Part shown: positions 13,599 to 27,837 of the stretch, piece after piece
Position numbering within the stretch: position 1 is the first letter of the stretch
Layout of the letters: each line of letters starts with the position of its first letter
Source of the DNA: Eledone cirrhosa
Taxonomy: Eukaryota
Reading direction: 5' to 3'
NCBI GenBank assembly: GCA_964016885.1
Contig: OZ024748.1
Span: 27,466,001-27,530,000, forward strand
DNA: 64,000 nt
The notes under the pieces: generated by a model
The model's database searches: none
What the model was told of the DNA's origin: nothing
The model's input: the letters and a program-made list of their open reading frames with translations, nothing else
Translations under genes and position numbers: made by a program

Positions 13599-13634
<36 letters not shown>

Positions 13635-13637
<3 letters not shown>

Positions 13638-13937
13638 TTGTACCCCGGTATTCGCGGGTACGTTCCTACGGCGCCCACGAAGGGTGAAAAACTGCGAATA
13701 TTGGACGTGGTCTATAAAAGGTGCCTATAAATGGCAAAATATAATTCGAAGGGGCGTCCAATAAGCCAGCAAATACGGTATATTGTTATTAATAATTTAG
13801 CGCTAAAAATATATATAGCCCGTAAAAAAAGTCATTAAAATATCGTGGAAAGTATTTAAGATTCCGCATTTATTATCAGTCAAGATCTAAGGAAAATTCC
13901 TAGAATAACCGGGACCGCGAATGCTGGGGGTACACTG
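13635..13937. mobile_element. pogo/Tigger-like (Tc1/mariner superfamily) MITE inserted in (TA)n
   Basis: Terminal inverted repeats: left CAGTTGTACCCCGGTATTCGCGG, right (reverse complement) CAGTGTACCCCCAGCATTCGCGG. About 300 bp, TA context, no ORF. Confidence 0.75.
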
Positions 13938-13942
13938 AATAT

Positions 13943-14028
<86 letters not shown>

Positions 14029-14136
14029 AGTATATTTACCAACATATGCGTACAGATGTACACCAATGCTAGCAAATACATAAGTTATGTTATAGTACCT
14101 AGGTGGTTCAATGCAGGAGGATGCAAAACAATTATC

Positions 14137-14188
14137 TGAAAGACGTAAAATAAGAAAATTTTAAAATTTTCTTATTTTACGTCTTTCA
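14137..14188. repeat. Perfect 52-bp loopless palindrome abutting (TA)n
   Basis: TGAAAGACGTAAAATAAGAAAATTTT|AAAATTTTCTTATTTTACGTCTTTCA. Confidence 0.9.
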
Positions 14189-14396
14189 TATATATATATA
14201 TATATATATATATTTAATTTATAACTCTATAAAGTTAACTGTCTCTAATACTTTAACATCTCAATGAAAGGATAAGATATATTAATCAATTATCTACTCA
14301 GAGAAGTACTAAAATATGTTAAACTTAAGCCAAAATCTCCTTTTTGGGTGGATATAAGGTAAATCGGGTATAAAAGTCGGCTTTAACCTATATAGT

Positions 14397-14476
14397 ACCC
14401 CAACCATGGTTTCTGGAACTCAAGGTACAACAGGAATTCCAAGATATTGGAAGAATTAAAGTTCCTTCATCGGGAG
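14397..14476 (-). ncRNA. Degenerate minimal hammerhead with long stem II in a Penelope-like 3' fragment (14213-14535)
   Basis: Minus strand: CCGATGA (U4->C), AGGAACT...AGTTCCA, GAAAC-CATG-GTT, with palindromic stem III ACCATGGT. The downstream side points towards the (TA)n at 14190. Confidence 0.55.
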
Positions 14477-14534
14477 GTGAATTCTTCGTAGAAGAATATA
14501 ATCAAAGAGAGCAACCCGCTCTCCGAATAGGGTG

Positions 14535-14641
<107 letters not shown>

Positions 14642-15564
14642 CTCTCTCTCTCTCTCTCTTTCTTCTCACTTCTTGTTTATGTGTGTGTGTGTGTATGTGT
14701 GCGTGTTGCTAGACAAAGGGCCCACCAAACCTCAACTTCCCCAAGGTATACATCTAGTCCTGGTTTTATCCGTAGCTAAATCCTAAATTCTCAACGGTTC
14801 GGTTTACATAGCTGTAAATAAATAGCACAATGTGAGAATTACAGGTGACTGCACGCAGAGGTAGCACTGTGAAACTAACGGCTCTTCTTTAGGTTATAGA
14901 AGTGAGTTCAACTCACTCTTATTTGGGGAATGATTCCTGTGTTGACTCAGTTCCCATCACTTATTCCCTGATAGAAAATATTCCATGATGCCCCCACCCT
15001 CTCTCATAAGATCCATGATCCAAGATCCAAGATCCAACAGCTTATGTATAGACTCATCGGTTGATAAAACACCTCTATTACAGAGAGGCATTAAAATATG
15101 TTGAAGAAGCTTGTTAGTCTAGACATATTGATCACATTGGCCGATGTAGGTAACAACACAAATCTATATTTATTTTTAGGCGAAGAGAGATAACTAGGAA
15201 ATAATTACTGTAAAACACTTCAAAATAGAATTAGTGACATGGTGTATTGCTGTTTAACTGTTTTCATACAAAAACCGTCCAAAGCCAGTTCTGATTCGGT
15301 TCTATAAAACAAAAACCACCCATTTCAAAATGTTTCTATTTGATATCAAACCATCCAACGTGATTTGATCGATCGAATCGATCAACAAGATCCCAGACCT
15401 CATTCGCCTATCGAGTGGGGTGGAACTCGTCAAATCGGATCAAGGCAACAATATTTCTATTGGTCTTTCCATTGTTGATACTATCTGCCGGTCGCCACTC
15501 CTGGCAGAAAATGTGATTTGATAAAAGAATTATTTGCTAAGTTATTTCAAAAATAGCATCATAA

Positions 15565-15775
15565 TGGCTTCTGATTTCGGCACAAGGCCAACAATTTGTG
15601 GAGAGGGGAAAGTCGGTTAAATTGACCAAGTATGTTACTGGTAATTTATTTTATCGATTTCGTAAGGATGAAAGGCAAAGCTAACCTCGGTGGGATTTGA
15701 ACTCAGAACGTAAAGGGCCGTAACTATATGCTGCAAAGCATGTCCGACGTTCTACCGATTACTGCCAATCCACGG
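15565..15775 (-). mobile_element. SINE (Meta-like family)
   Basis: GGCACAAGGCCAAC...TTTTATCGA..GGATGAAAGGCAAAG..CCTCGG..GATTTGAACTCAGAAC. Confidence 0.8.
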
Positions 15776-16473
15776 TCCATAAATAACATCATTATAATGG
15801 AGTAATTAATAATTTTAGAAAATCCACCATCCAAAATTTTTAATTAATTATTCGAAACATTGTGTATATCATTAGAATTACAGTTAAGAAAGTGTTGACC
15901 CATGATCAGTTCAGATTGGTACATAAGTTGTCATTAGTAAGACAGCCTACTCACTGTTCCAACTGTCATCTTTTTGTCTATTTAAGACGTCACGGTATTA
16001 TTTGTGGCTGCTATGTTTAGCATGTGTCCAACCCTCTAGAATCTCCCTCATTTATTCATGAAAACGAGCACCAGTTAAGTACAGCTATCGAAATAAATCA
16101 CTTCCTCCACAAAAAAAAAAATTGCACATTCAATTCAGTCCAGTGTTTCATCAGTGAATAGTCAGAGACGTTAGAACAGGAGAAATGCTTTGCGATATTT
16201 GTTCCGGTACTTTGCGTTCTGAGTTCAAGTTCCACTATTTCCTACTAAGGTGGTAGACATAATCCGTTGCAAGGTCGGTTTAACACATCTGGCCCGTCTT
16301 TAGTGAAGTTCTTTCGGTTGCAAGCATTCAGACTAGGTCCCCCGGTACGAGAATAATTCTTCCAACCAGTTTTGGAGGCATTTAAAGATTGATGGGTTGT
16401 GGACAGTACTCTTCCTTCAATCATTAAGCCATAAAAATATTCCCTTAAATTCAATTTATAGTTCGAGTGGGAA

Positions 16474-16850
16474 GTTCCGGTGAACTGTGTCAAGGTAAAA
16501 CATAGTTTCCGGTGATCTGAGTCAAAGTAAAACATAGTTTCCGGTGAACTGTGTCAAAGTAAAACATAGTTTCTGGGGAACTGTGTCAAAGTAAAACATA
16601 GTTTCTGGGGAACTGTGTCAAAGTAAAACATAGTTTCTGGGGAACTGTCAAGATAAAACATAGTTTCTGGGGAACTGTCAAGGTAAAACGTAGATTCAGG
16701 TGAACTGAGTCATGGTAAAATATATTTTCCAATGAACTGTGTCATTTTAAAATGTAGTTTCCAATTAACTGTGTCATAGTAAAACGTAGCTTCCGGTGTA
16801 CTGTGTCATGGTAAAACATAGTTTCCGGTGAACTGTATCATGGTAAAACG
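16474..16850. repeat. Minisatellite, ~30-32-bp unit GTTTCCGGTGAACTGTGTCAAAGTAAAACATA, ~12 copies
   Basis: Tandem units are visible directly and are more diverged towards the 3' edge. Confidence 0.9.
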
Positions 16851-17259
16851 GCTTATTTGAATATTTAGTTTCGTTCTTCAACATTCCTAACTTCATATCA
16901 ACGGACGATCATCAACTCATCTTTCCAGTATCGATAAAATAACCAGTAATACAGTGAGGGGCATTGAGTTGAAATAATGAATCGCTTATATGCTATATTT
17001 CACAAATGGCCGTGTACAAATGTGTAACCAACAGTATTGCAGGGAAAGAAGAATAAACTGAAAAAACGCTACAACACTATTAGTAATCAGTAATATACGA
17101 GCCAGCGAGCGAGCCACTATGTGGTCACTTGAAATGCAAGAAATAGAAGTTAAATATCCCTACAAACACCACAATGCTTTAAATGACAAGGACTTCTGGG
17201 ATAAACAGTCTTAGATAGTCTGTGAAGGTAATACTTTCATAGAGTGTTGATTACTAAGT

Positions 17260-17773
17260 TGACCAATCACGGGCCTAGAATTTAACGGACGCACGTATCC
17301 CGAGCATTACAAGAAAAAAAATTTATACACAAAAACAAAATAACGGACGCACCGCAAGGGGCCGCTGTTTTCCTTTGGGAGCTACCGACCCTGTCCTGCC
17401 ACGATAGCCCCAGTACTCGCCACAGAGCACCAACACCTTGCACTTTGTGGGTGTGGTTTTTTTATGATGTGTATATATGTATATGTATGTGTGTGTATAT
17501 GTGCATGTGTGTGTGTGTAACGATGTGTGTATCTATATGTATGTACGTGTGTATGTCTGTATATGTATGTACATGTACAATTTCTACGTGTGGGAGAGTG
17601 TGTATGCGTAGGTATGTTATGCAAGTGTGTGTGTATGTGTGGGATCGTATATACACGGATATATTATTTATATCCATTATTTTGTTTTTTTTGTTTTGTG
17701 TTTGTTTATAACGGTTTTTTTCTTGTAATGCTCGGAATAGGTGCTCCGTTGAATTCTAGGCCCGTGATTGGTC
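17260..17773. mobile_element. Element bounded by ~80-bp imperfect inverted repeats (MITE-like or two opposed LINE tails)
   Basis: TGACCAATCACGGGCCTAGAATT..CCGAGCATTACAAGAAAAAAA at 17260-17340 and its reverse complement at ~17690-17773. Confidence 0.6.
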
Positions 17774-18044
17774 ATTCTATAGGCTTGTTTGTGTCTGGCT
17801 GGTTCATCCACAGATTTGATGTGATGTTTGTTGTGTTAACACTGGTCTGAGGATCAGGCAAACTTGGAGTCTGGTCTGGGATGACCCCCAGATCACGAGT
17901 TGGTTGCCTGAGAAACATCTGTAACCAGGATTGAGCAATAAACCTCCTATGTAACACCTCCAGTTTATTCTTATATACAATCAGCTCTGCATCGAGTGCT
18001 GACCTTGGTAATCTCACCAGTTTTCTTCGGACTTACTGAACCTT

Positions 18045-18117
<73 letters not shown>

Positions 18118-18159
18118 AGAATAACATTAAAAAGATGCTGATGTTACATAAATCGCTTA

Positions 18160-18250
18160 TTCATAATAATTATTTCAACGGTTCTCTTATGCAATCCCAG
18201 GTGTAATTTATGCATTTGTTGTTTTTATGAGAACGGTATCTTCAGATGAA
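18160..18250 (-). ncRNA. Complete type I hammerhead ribozyme with long stem II
   Basis: Minus strand: TTCAT-CTGAAGA-T-ACCGTTCTC...GAGAACCGT-T-GAAAT-AATT-ATT-ATGAA. Stem I TTCAT/ATGAA, palindromic stem III ATAATTAT. Lies ~40 nt from a (CA)n(TA)n tract. Confidence 0.7.
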
Positions 18251-18691
18251 ATTTGATTTTGTGATATGTCGCTGGCAAAAACACGTCCTTCTACTCGTGT
18301 GTCCAGCTGACATATAAGTTCCTAAAGGGTCTTTCCCAGCCATTATGTTTACAATTTGTGGAGTGAGGTGTTGTCTATGTGTCAATTAGTGAATCTAGTC
18401 TCATGTACCTACCACAGAACTGTCGTCGTAAATTACCATGCGGTGAGACCTGTACCAGTCTATGCGTAGCTAAATTTCATCAGATAGTAGGAGTAATAAA
18501 AGGAATTTTGAAGGTGGACGATATAACCAGTGTGATGATAGCTATATTGAAGACAACAGCAACAACAACAACAACAACAACAACATTAGTAATGAATTCA
18601 GTCACGACAACGACGGCAACAAAAGTCACCTCTGTGGTGGTACTGGTCGTGGTAAACAAATTCCCATAGTATTAATAATAATAATAGTTAC

Positions 18692-19092
18692 ATTTATTGG
18701 CCACCAGGGCCGACATATAGGGTACAATAATAGACAGTGACAGTGAGGGTTTACATATACAACGTGTAAAAGGTATAAATAACAATAACAAAATAACAAG
18801 AAAAATACAACAATGAAAATTCCCCAATAGGGGGGATAACCATCCAGAGTTGACTTGGCCGAAGAGAAAATTGTCTGTCTTCAATCCTGGTCCACCACAC
18901 AACATTCGCTAACCCCTGGTAGCACTGCCAATCAAGGGATTTCTGGAAGTTATTCATCGTCCCCGGCTCGAAAGTCATCCGGAACAGACTGGTCAGTTCG
19001 ACTTAGTCGATACCTAGAACCTCTCCGAATGCGTCGGAGCATTTGCCCCCCACTAATCGTTTATAGAACTCGAGAGTTGAAGTTCCACTGAC
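18692..19092 (-). mobile_element. Tx1/L1-type LINE 3' fragment
   Basis: The tail TTTATTGGCCACCAGGGCCGAC is shared with 56911. NNFQKSLDWQCY resembles the post-RT zf-RVT region. TATAGAACTCGAGAGT is shared with ~57232. Confidence 0.8.
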
Positions 19093-19094
19093 TT

Positions 19095-21842
19095 TGCAGC
19101 ATGTTTCAGAAGATATGAAGAAAGCTTCAAGGAAGAATGTCGTGGTTGGAATGACAAAAAGAAAGTACGACTACTATAAAGGAAGCTATTCCCTGCCGAA
19201 CACGGAAATTATTGTAATTTTATTCTGCCAAAGAAGCCAGATGAGATTTGTTTCGATGAAACAATTAAAATTTTATCGAAAATTTTCAGTGAAAAAAAGT
19301 TCAAATTTTGTGTTTAAATTTGGTAAAAAAAGACGATGAAGATTTCATCACATATGCTGGGGTTGAAAATAGAGAAAGTGAAAAGTTCCAATTAAATGAA
19401 TTATCCCCGGACATGTTCAAATGTCTAATTTTTGTATAAGGGCTGACTGCTAACAAAGATGCAGAAATACGTTCCCGAGTATTAACAAAGTTAGAACAGG
19501 ACCAAAAATTGACACTGCAGGCAATGGCAGAAGAAGGCCAGAGAATCGTAAACTTAAGGCATGATACAGAAAAAATGAAGAAAGATTGTTCACAAATGAA
19601 ATCGGTTCGACCGAGAACGGATAAGTAAAAAGAAAAACAACAATTGTCAAAATTTTAAATGCTATGAGTGTGGAAAGGTTAGATATAAAAAGCTCGCATT
19701 GTAGAGGGAAACAAAAGAAAAATAGGTCGAACGGTAAAAATTCTGTCAATGAGGTCGTGTCAACAAAAAATCTAAGCGAGACTCGGAAAAGAAAATTGTA
19801 TTCGTAAAAATAAATAACCTGAATGTTGAGTTACAATTGGATACGGACACTGATATCATAATTAAGGAGGAAACATGGAGAAAAATCGGGAAATCCAGGT
19901 TAAAAGTAACTTCAAAAATCACACGTGGTGTCTCAGGAAAAAAGTTGCATTTTAAGAGCGAAATGAAAGATTTTGTGCTCAAGAACACGACACTTATTTG
20001 GAACAGATTGGATGGAATTATTTGATTTATGGAACCCCCCCATAAACTTTTTTTGTAAAAAAAGTGAATGCTTTTTCCTCCAACACAAATAAGGCGTCCG
20101 AAGTTCTTTCTGAAAAGTTAGGACTTTGCACCAAAACAAAACAGTTTCGAGGAATATGCCATACCGGTGTTCAAACCAAAAAGGTGTGTACCTTTCGTGG
20201 TGTTGGAACAAATTAATGAAGAATTGGATAGACTTGAAAAGCTAGGGATTATTGAAAAAAGTGATAAGTTTATGTGAAGAAAAGAAAAAGAAAATTCGCA
20301 TATGTATTGATTTTTTTTCAACAGGTTTAAATGAATGCTTCATGTCATATAATTACCGGTTACCATGTCCGGAAGACATTTTCGCAAATTTAAATGGTGG
20401 AAAACTTTTTTTAAAGTTGGATCTATCTGAGGCATATCTCAATATACAAGTTGATGAGAAATGTTCAAAGTTATTAGCGATCAACATACATAGAGGATTG
20501 TATAAATTTAATCGCCTCCTTTTGGTAAAAAGGTAGCACCAGCTATTTTTCAACAAATTATGGATACTATGTTTACCTCACTTACTCATAAAAAGTGAAT
20601 CTTGAGGTCAGCATGCTGAGCATGTTAAAAAGTTTTTTGAAAAAATTAAAGAATATGGTTTTACGCCCAACGATGAAAAATGTGAATTTTTTATGCCAAG
20701 AAAAAAATATCTGGAGCAAATTATTGACGAAAACGGACAAAGCCCAGACTCGTCAAGGTCGAGTGCAATAAAAAATATGCCGGCCCAACAAACATTAAAA
20801 CATTACAAGCATTTTTAGGGCTCACAAATTACTACCAGGTATACATACCAAATATGCATGATTTGAGAGAACCTCAAAATAACTTGTTAAAAAAGATGTT
20901 GAATGGAACTGGTCGGAGATGTGCCAAGAAGCTTTTGAGGAAATTAAAAGCATCCTAACTTCGAATTTGTCATTGTCACATTTTGACCCAAAATTAGAAA
21001 TTGTGGTGGCATCAGACATGAGTGAAAGTGGTATAGGTGCTGTGGTTTTACACAAATATAAAGATGGAAGTTTAAAAGCTGTAGCTCATGCCGGCTGAAA
21101 AGAATGAGTCAGATAGAGAAGGAAGTATTAGCCATCATATTTGCGGTAAAAAAAAGTCCATACATTCATACATGGAAGAAAATTCCGCTTACAGACCACA
21201 GCCCATTATTGTCGATCTATGGTTTAAAAAAGGCTATTCCCACTCATGTAGCCAACAGATTGCAGTGTTGGTGAACGATCCTACTGAATTACGACTTCAA
21301 GATGGAGTATTTGCCATCTAAAAAATTGGGACATGCGGATGGTTTGTCGAGATTAATACCAAAATACAATGAACCACTAGAATACGTGTTGCTGGATGTA
21401 ACACGAATTCGAACTCGTATTCGATATGTGAAGATGTGCTTATGTATGCACAGTCGTAATGGCTGTTTCACTACAATAACGAATGTTAAATGATTTCCAC
21501 ACTGGACATCCAGGAATGTCTAAGAAGTCAATCATGGGGAGTTATATTTACTGGTCAAAAATGGACCTAGATATTGAGATGTTAGTAAAATCCTGCAATG
21601 GCTGTGCTCGTGCAGCGAAATCACCACATACAAAATTTCAACCTAGGCTGATATTCCATGGACCAGGTTAAGGTTACACATAGATTTTGCAGGAACGTTA
21701 AACGGATCGTATTATGAAATAGTTGTAGAGAGTTTCACAAAATGGCCAGAGATTTGTAAATGTAGAATACCGACCTCCACGGTAATAGTGAATTTTCTAC
21801 ACGAACTTTTTGCAAGGTTTGGTGTCCCTGACATCATAGTCA
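19095..21842 (+). mobile_element. Decayed Ty3/Gypsy LTR retrotransposon internal region (gag-PR-RT-RH-IN), no LTRs seen
   Basis: PR: ELQLDTDTDI. RT: INEELDRLEKLGII, IRICIDF, YRLPCPEDIFANLNGGKLFLKLDLSEAY. RH: HFDPKLEIVVASD, HADGLSRL. IN: HTGHPGM..CNGC, RLHIDFAG. Many frameshifts and stops. Confidence 0.93.
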
Positions 21843-21861
21843 TTTATTTCTTTATATATAT

Positions 21862-22033
21862 AGTTTTAATATAGATGAGATTCTACAGGACTAGAACTGT
21901 TTCATTCTTTAGAAATCATCAATGAAACAGTTCTAGTCCTGTAGAATCTCATCTATATTAAAACTTTTATACTCTGCTATGTATTGAGTACCTTACTTAC
22001 TGTGGTTACCTCCGATTCAACCCGGAATAACTT
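21862..22033 (+). mobile_element. Fold-back mini-element family A, copy 2
   Basis: Perfect 45-bp arms at 21862-21906 and 21921-21965. The minus strand reads TGATGA-TTTC-TAAA-GAAT-GAAAC-AGTTCTA-GTC. TA flanks. Confidence 0.75.
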
Positions 22034-22657
22034 ATATATATATATATATATATATATAAAATCGTATTTTGTATATTACACTTGCTGCAAAGTTAACAAC
22101 GAAAGCACCCAGACGTTAGATATACACAGGCTACAGAGTTAACTAATCGATATAGAGTTATCGATAGAAACAGAGATGCCACAGTCATTACACAGGAGCC
22201 TATCGTCTGAAACTGTTAAAAGTTGATCTGGGTACTTTGCATGGAGTGCATCCTACATCAAAGCTCTGGACATTGAAAGACTTTTTCAGATAAGATCGGA
22301 AACCTATGTCTTCCAATTATATGTATGTAGTGGGATGCAAACATATATATATGTGTTTGTGTGTGTGTGTATCTACGTGTGTACACACACACATACACAC
22401 AGACCCACACATATATATATATGTCGGTGTGGGTATACATCTAATCCTATAGGTATTATTCATATACACATATATATACATATGCTGTGTAGTTATGCAT
22501 GAGTTTCGTAGTCGGTATATAATCATAAGCTTCATTTATATCTATCTATGTGTATCATGTAGGTGCATCGTCGGGGTATATGAGTGTAATAGATGTGTAA
22601 TTACATCGGGGTATAAAGATGTGTAATCACGTTTCATTTTTCGGGTGCGAGATCGTG

Positions 22658-22702
22658 TATTGTAGAAATTTCAACGTGCACGTAAATACTCGTTTAATAT
22701 CA

Positions 22703-22738
<36 letters not shown>

Positions 22739-22770
22739 TGATATTAAACGTAAATACTCGTTTAATATCA

Positions 22771-22806
<36 letters not shown>

Positions 22807-22851
22807 TGATATTAAACGAGTATTTACGTGCACGTTGAAATTTCTACAATA
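22658..22851. repeat. (TA)n-centred palindrome with an internal partial duplication
   Basis: TATTGTAGAAATTTCAACGTGCACGTAAATACTCGTTTAATATCAG-(TA)n-...-CTGATATTAAACGAGTATTTACGTGCACGTTGAAATTTCTACAATA. Confidence 0.9.
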
Positions 22852-23726
<875 letters not shown>

Positions 23727-23916
23727 AACGAAGGAAATGTGGTAAGGAACCAGGTGGACCATAACGCACCAGAGTACTCAATACTTAGGGTAGTAGAGTG
23801 GGTAATAGGAACAAGTAGGACCCCGACGGCTGAGCTCAAGCCGTTTCGACGGCTAATTCTGGTCCACAATTAGCCGTCGAAACGGCTTGAGCTCACCCGT
23901 CGGGGTCCTACTTGTT

Positions 23917-23921
<5 letters not shown>
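23727..23921 (-). mobile_element. Fold-back mini-element family C
   Basis: 54-bp arms at 23805-23858 and 23868-23921 (1 mismatch). Contains the hammerhead 3' half GTC-GAAAC-GG-CTTGAGCTCA-(C/G)CC-GTC. Lies in (TA)n. Confidence 0.7.
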
Positions 23922-23978
<57 letters not shown>

Positions 23979-23981
23979 TGT

Positions 23982-24011
<30 letters not shown>

Positions 24012-24012
<1 letters not shown>

Positions 24013-24146
24013 GGAAAATGTTTGACCCCAACGACAGAGCTCAAGCCGTTTCGACGGCTATTTCTGGACTAAATTAGAATTTTCAGCGTATTGAGTACTC
24101 TGGTGCGTTATGGTCTATCTGGTTCCTTACCACTCTTCCTTTGTTA
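24012..24146 (+). mobile_element. Family C copy 2: an inverted hammerhead-half segment joined to the 3' tail
   Basis: 24024-24066 matches 23819-23862 in the same orientation. 24088-24145 is the reverse complement of 23727-23784. Confidence 0.7.
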
Positions 24147-24149
24147 AAT

Positions 24150-24228
<79 letters not shown>

Positions 24229-25583
24229 ATATACATATAAATATATATATGAATATATATATATATGAATGTGTGTATATATATATGAATGTGTGTTTAT
24301 ATATATATATATATATACATATACAAGTACTCAAATATATACATACACTTTAATGATGTGAGCACACATACGGTTATGTATAATACACATATACATGTAT
24401 GTAGATACAGAGATATCCATATATTTGTATGTCTCTCTCTCTCTCACTCTCTCTCACTCCCTCCCTCTCTCTCTCTCGAATACATATAGACCAAATAATC
24501 GTTACACATACTCTCACAACGTTATATATATATATAGAAATATATATATTATATGATATGTCTTTGTATTAATGTTTGCGTATATATATTTATGTATATA
24601 TATCTGTGTGTGTGTGTGTATTTATATAAGTATATGTTTATGTATTATACATATATATGTATTTGTATGTCTACTCTTGCCACTGCTGCTGATGTAGATT
24701 TCATTACCTCAAATCACAAAGCGTCCGACTTCAAATGGTATTGTCGATAACATGGAAGTGAGATTTCAGTCTTGCTTCTGTCTTTTATGCTGAGATAATT
24801 CTATTGAAGAACAAACATTCGATGAGGGACGGTAGAGGGTGCTGGGTGCAGCTTACTCTGACCTTTCGTACCTCACCCCACCACTTCCTACCACTTCTCT
24901 TCTTTCTCAGTTCTTACTTTCCATTGTTCTTCTGTGTGTTTCTGATCTCTCCCCCTCTCTCTCTCTCTCTTTAGAGAGAGAGAGAGATGTAACACATACA
25001 TGTATTAACACACAACGCATTGTATATGTACATACACACACACATATATACATATACAATCCCCCCCCCCATCTCTCCCTCTCACTCACTCCTTTTCTGT
25101 CGCCCCATCGTCATCAACCATCGTCTCACTAGGTTACTCACCTCAAACTACAAAACCTTAACACTTTCCCAAATACCATCACCGTGGAAGATTTCAAACA
25201 TCTTTATAGAATATTTTAATGAAGGAATTATTAAATTAAATATTACTTTAAACCCCCGTCATTTTTTTTGTAGGTAGTACGCTAGTGTGTAGAGCATGTA
25301 TCTGTGTGTTTTGTTAAGTGGTGGCGGGGCGGAAGTATTGCTATAAGGATAAAACAAAGTCCAACCACTTTGTTTCATAAAAGACAGGCATGATGTTTTA
25401 GCAAAAAACATATTTCTACTGGGGTTAACAGTAAAAGGTAATCAAATTATTAATCCCTAATTTTGGCAAGAAGCCATCCCCACCACCCAGTCACATATTT
25501 ATAAGCAAAGATAAAGACTAAAGTAGAAATCGGTAGAATCGATCTTACCCACTCTTCTCTGCTAATCTATTTAGTCATCGTAT

Positions 25584-25671
<88 letters not shown>

Positions 25672-27179
25672 CCCTCTCTCTCTCTCTCTCTCTCTCTCCC
25701 CTCTCTCTCTCTCTCTCCCTCACATATGTTTGTCTCTGTGTGTGTTTTTGTATATTTATGTGTGTATACATATTATCGAACTTGGAAGGATGAAAGGCCT
25801 AAGGAAAGCCCCGCTGGGATTTGAAATCGAGTCTGGATAGTCAACGTAATGAAAGACTTCAAGTAATTTAGTCAACTATTTTGTCGCTAGCTGCCATTGT
25901 ATAGTGGTTGTGATGACGATGATGTTGTTGTTGTTGATGTTGTTGGTGGTGGTGGAAAGGCTTTATCTGATAGTAATCATGTTATGGAGGGGGTGGCGAG
26001 AGAGATTATTGATAATTTGGTGTGGTCAGGGTTGAGTCTGAGAAGGTGTGTAGATAGATATAGATAATGGATACATAGTCAGACCGATAGGTAGGTAGAT
26101 GGAAAAAGGGAAAGAGAACTTTTACGAAACGCTGAGAGGATGAAGTTAATATAAAGAGTGGTGTGCTCATGCACGAAGATGCTATAAAATAGCTCATAAA
26201 ATCGGGTGAAAACCCTTACAGACAGAAAAAAGACTAACGGTAGCAACACGAATGAAAAAATGAAACTTTGACCCGTTCGTTCGTTTTGTCTCTCTGAAGC
26301 GTAAAACCTCGGATGGCCATTACTTCATAGTTCCAGCGAAGGACAGAATTGAAAAGGCGTTACCCTGGAAGATACCGAGGGAGATATGCTTAAAGAACCA
26401 TTCCATCATGCAGGGATCATTCTCACGAATGGTCGTTGATGAGAATTACAATAAAACCAAATACTACACGTTTGCTAACCACCTCTTCTGAATTTTTGTT
26501 CAGTTTATCTATCATCATTATTCTGTAATCTGTTAAATTTTTTCAGTTTAGTAAAATAAAAATGAATATAAAAACAATAAATAAAGATATTAATCATTGG
26601 TCATTATTTCACGATCGTCACCTCAGATAAAATCTTTATACATCTACCGTCTACCTCAAGGGGGCGTAACTCATTTAAGGTACGACAATAATTAAATTGT
26701 GAAATAAACAGTGAAAAATATAATGAAAAATGCAAGCTTATTTCACAGACACAAATTAATGTTTCATCATAAATAATTCTCTTAAAATTTACATAACAAC
26801 TTTTGTTTTAATATACTGTGTGCAAAACGTTTCATTTTTTTTTTTTTTTTGGTTTTCCACTAACACGTTACATTTTTCCTGGGTGTTTAGGCTTGAAAAA
26901 AAAAATGTATTGGGATAAATAAATAAATAAATATCTAAGGAACTGGTGTACAAATTAGCCGAGTGGTGAACTACTAAGAAGCCAATTAGATTAAAAATAA
27001 AGCAGTTTTTATCATTGTTTGATTTCGAACTATGTGGTGGTAGGCGAAGTTCATTACAATATTCCTGATATTTATTCCTAGATGTATCCTTATTGCTATG
27101 ACGCATAATCGTGCACTGTGTATGCACTACTGTTGTTTTGACCATAAAAAAGGTGCAAGAAGAGAAACTAAATTATATG

Positions 27180-27410
27180 TGTTACAAAGATTTGACGACA
27201 ATGGACATCGAGCTGCAGATGTATAAAGAGTTCTCGTCTCTTATGAGACCGAACCGTGTCATCTGTCCACATTGCAAGCATGTTTTCAGAAATGTTCCAG
27301 GCTTTCCCAAACACATTCATTTATTGCTGGTACATTCATAATCTTATGAGGATGTAAACATACTGATGTGTGTAGACATCTGAAAGCGGAGATTCAGCTA
27401 TCTACCTAAT
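27180..27410 (+). mobile_element. Possible RTE-type LINE 3' end (C2H2-like terminal motif)
   Basis: YKDLTTMDI...CPHCKHVFRNVPGFPKH resembles the C-terminal CxxC..F....G...H of RTE ORFs. The match is weak. Confidence 0.35.
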
Positions 27411-27762
27411 TTAAGACGGCAAGAGTTGCCGACAGTCCTCCTTCACTTAATGGTTAAAAGTGCCTAGCCGGTATCTGAGTGGTATGGGGCTCGATTCCTA
27501 ATAGCGGCCGATGGTAACTTTTTCTCCGTCTTTTAAACGTTTCTTCGCCCAATTTTAAAAGCTATTTTATAGCATCTCTGCGCATGACTACATCATTCTT
27601 TATAATATAGATAGATAGATATAGATATATACAATTATACAAACACACACGAATGTGTGTCTCATCAAATAGCAAGAAGAAGTGTGTTTACATGGATGTC
27701 AGTGTATTGGCAGGGAGCTGATTCAAGAATGTTCAGTGTGTATGTATGTATGAATATATACG

Positions 27763-27837
<75 letters not shown>

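Noticed and set aside
17772-18017. 81-aa non-repetitive minus-strand ORF
   Set aside because: It has no recognisable domain or acceptor site and is flanked by repeats, so it is probably TE debris. It is unresolved without a homology search.
27436-27512. tRNA gene
   Set aside because: A/B-box-like remnants are present but no intact cloverleaf. It is more likely a SINE head.
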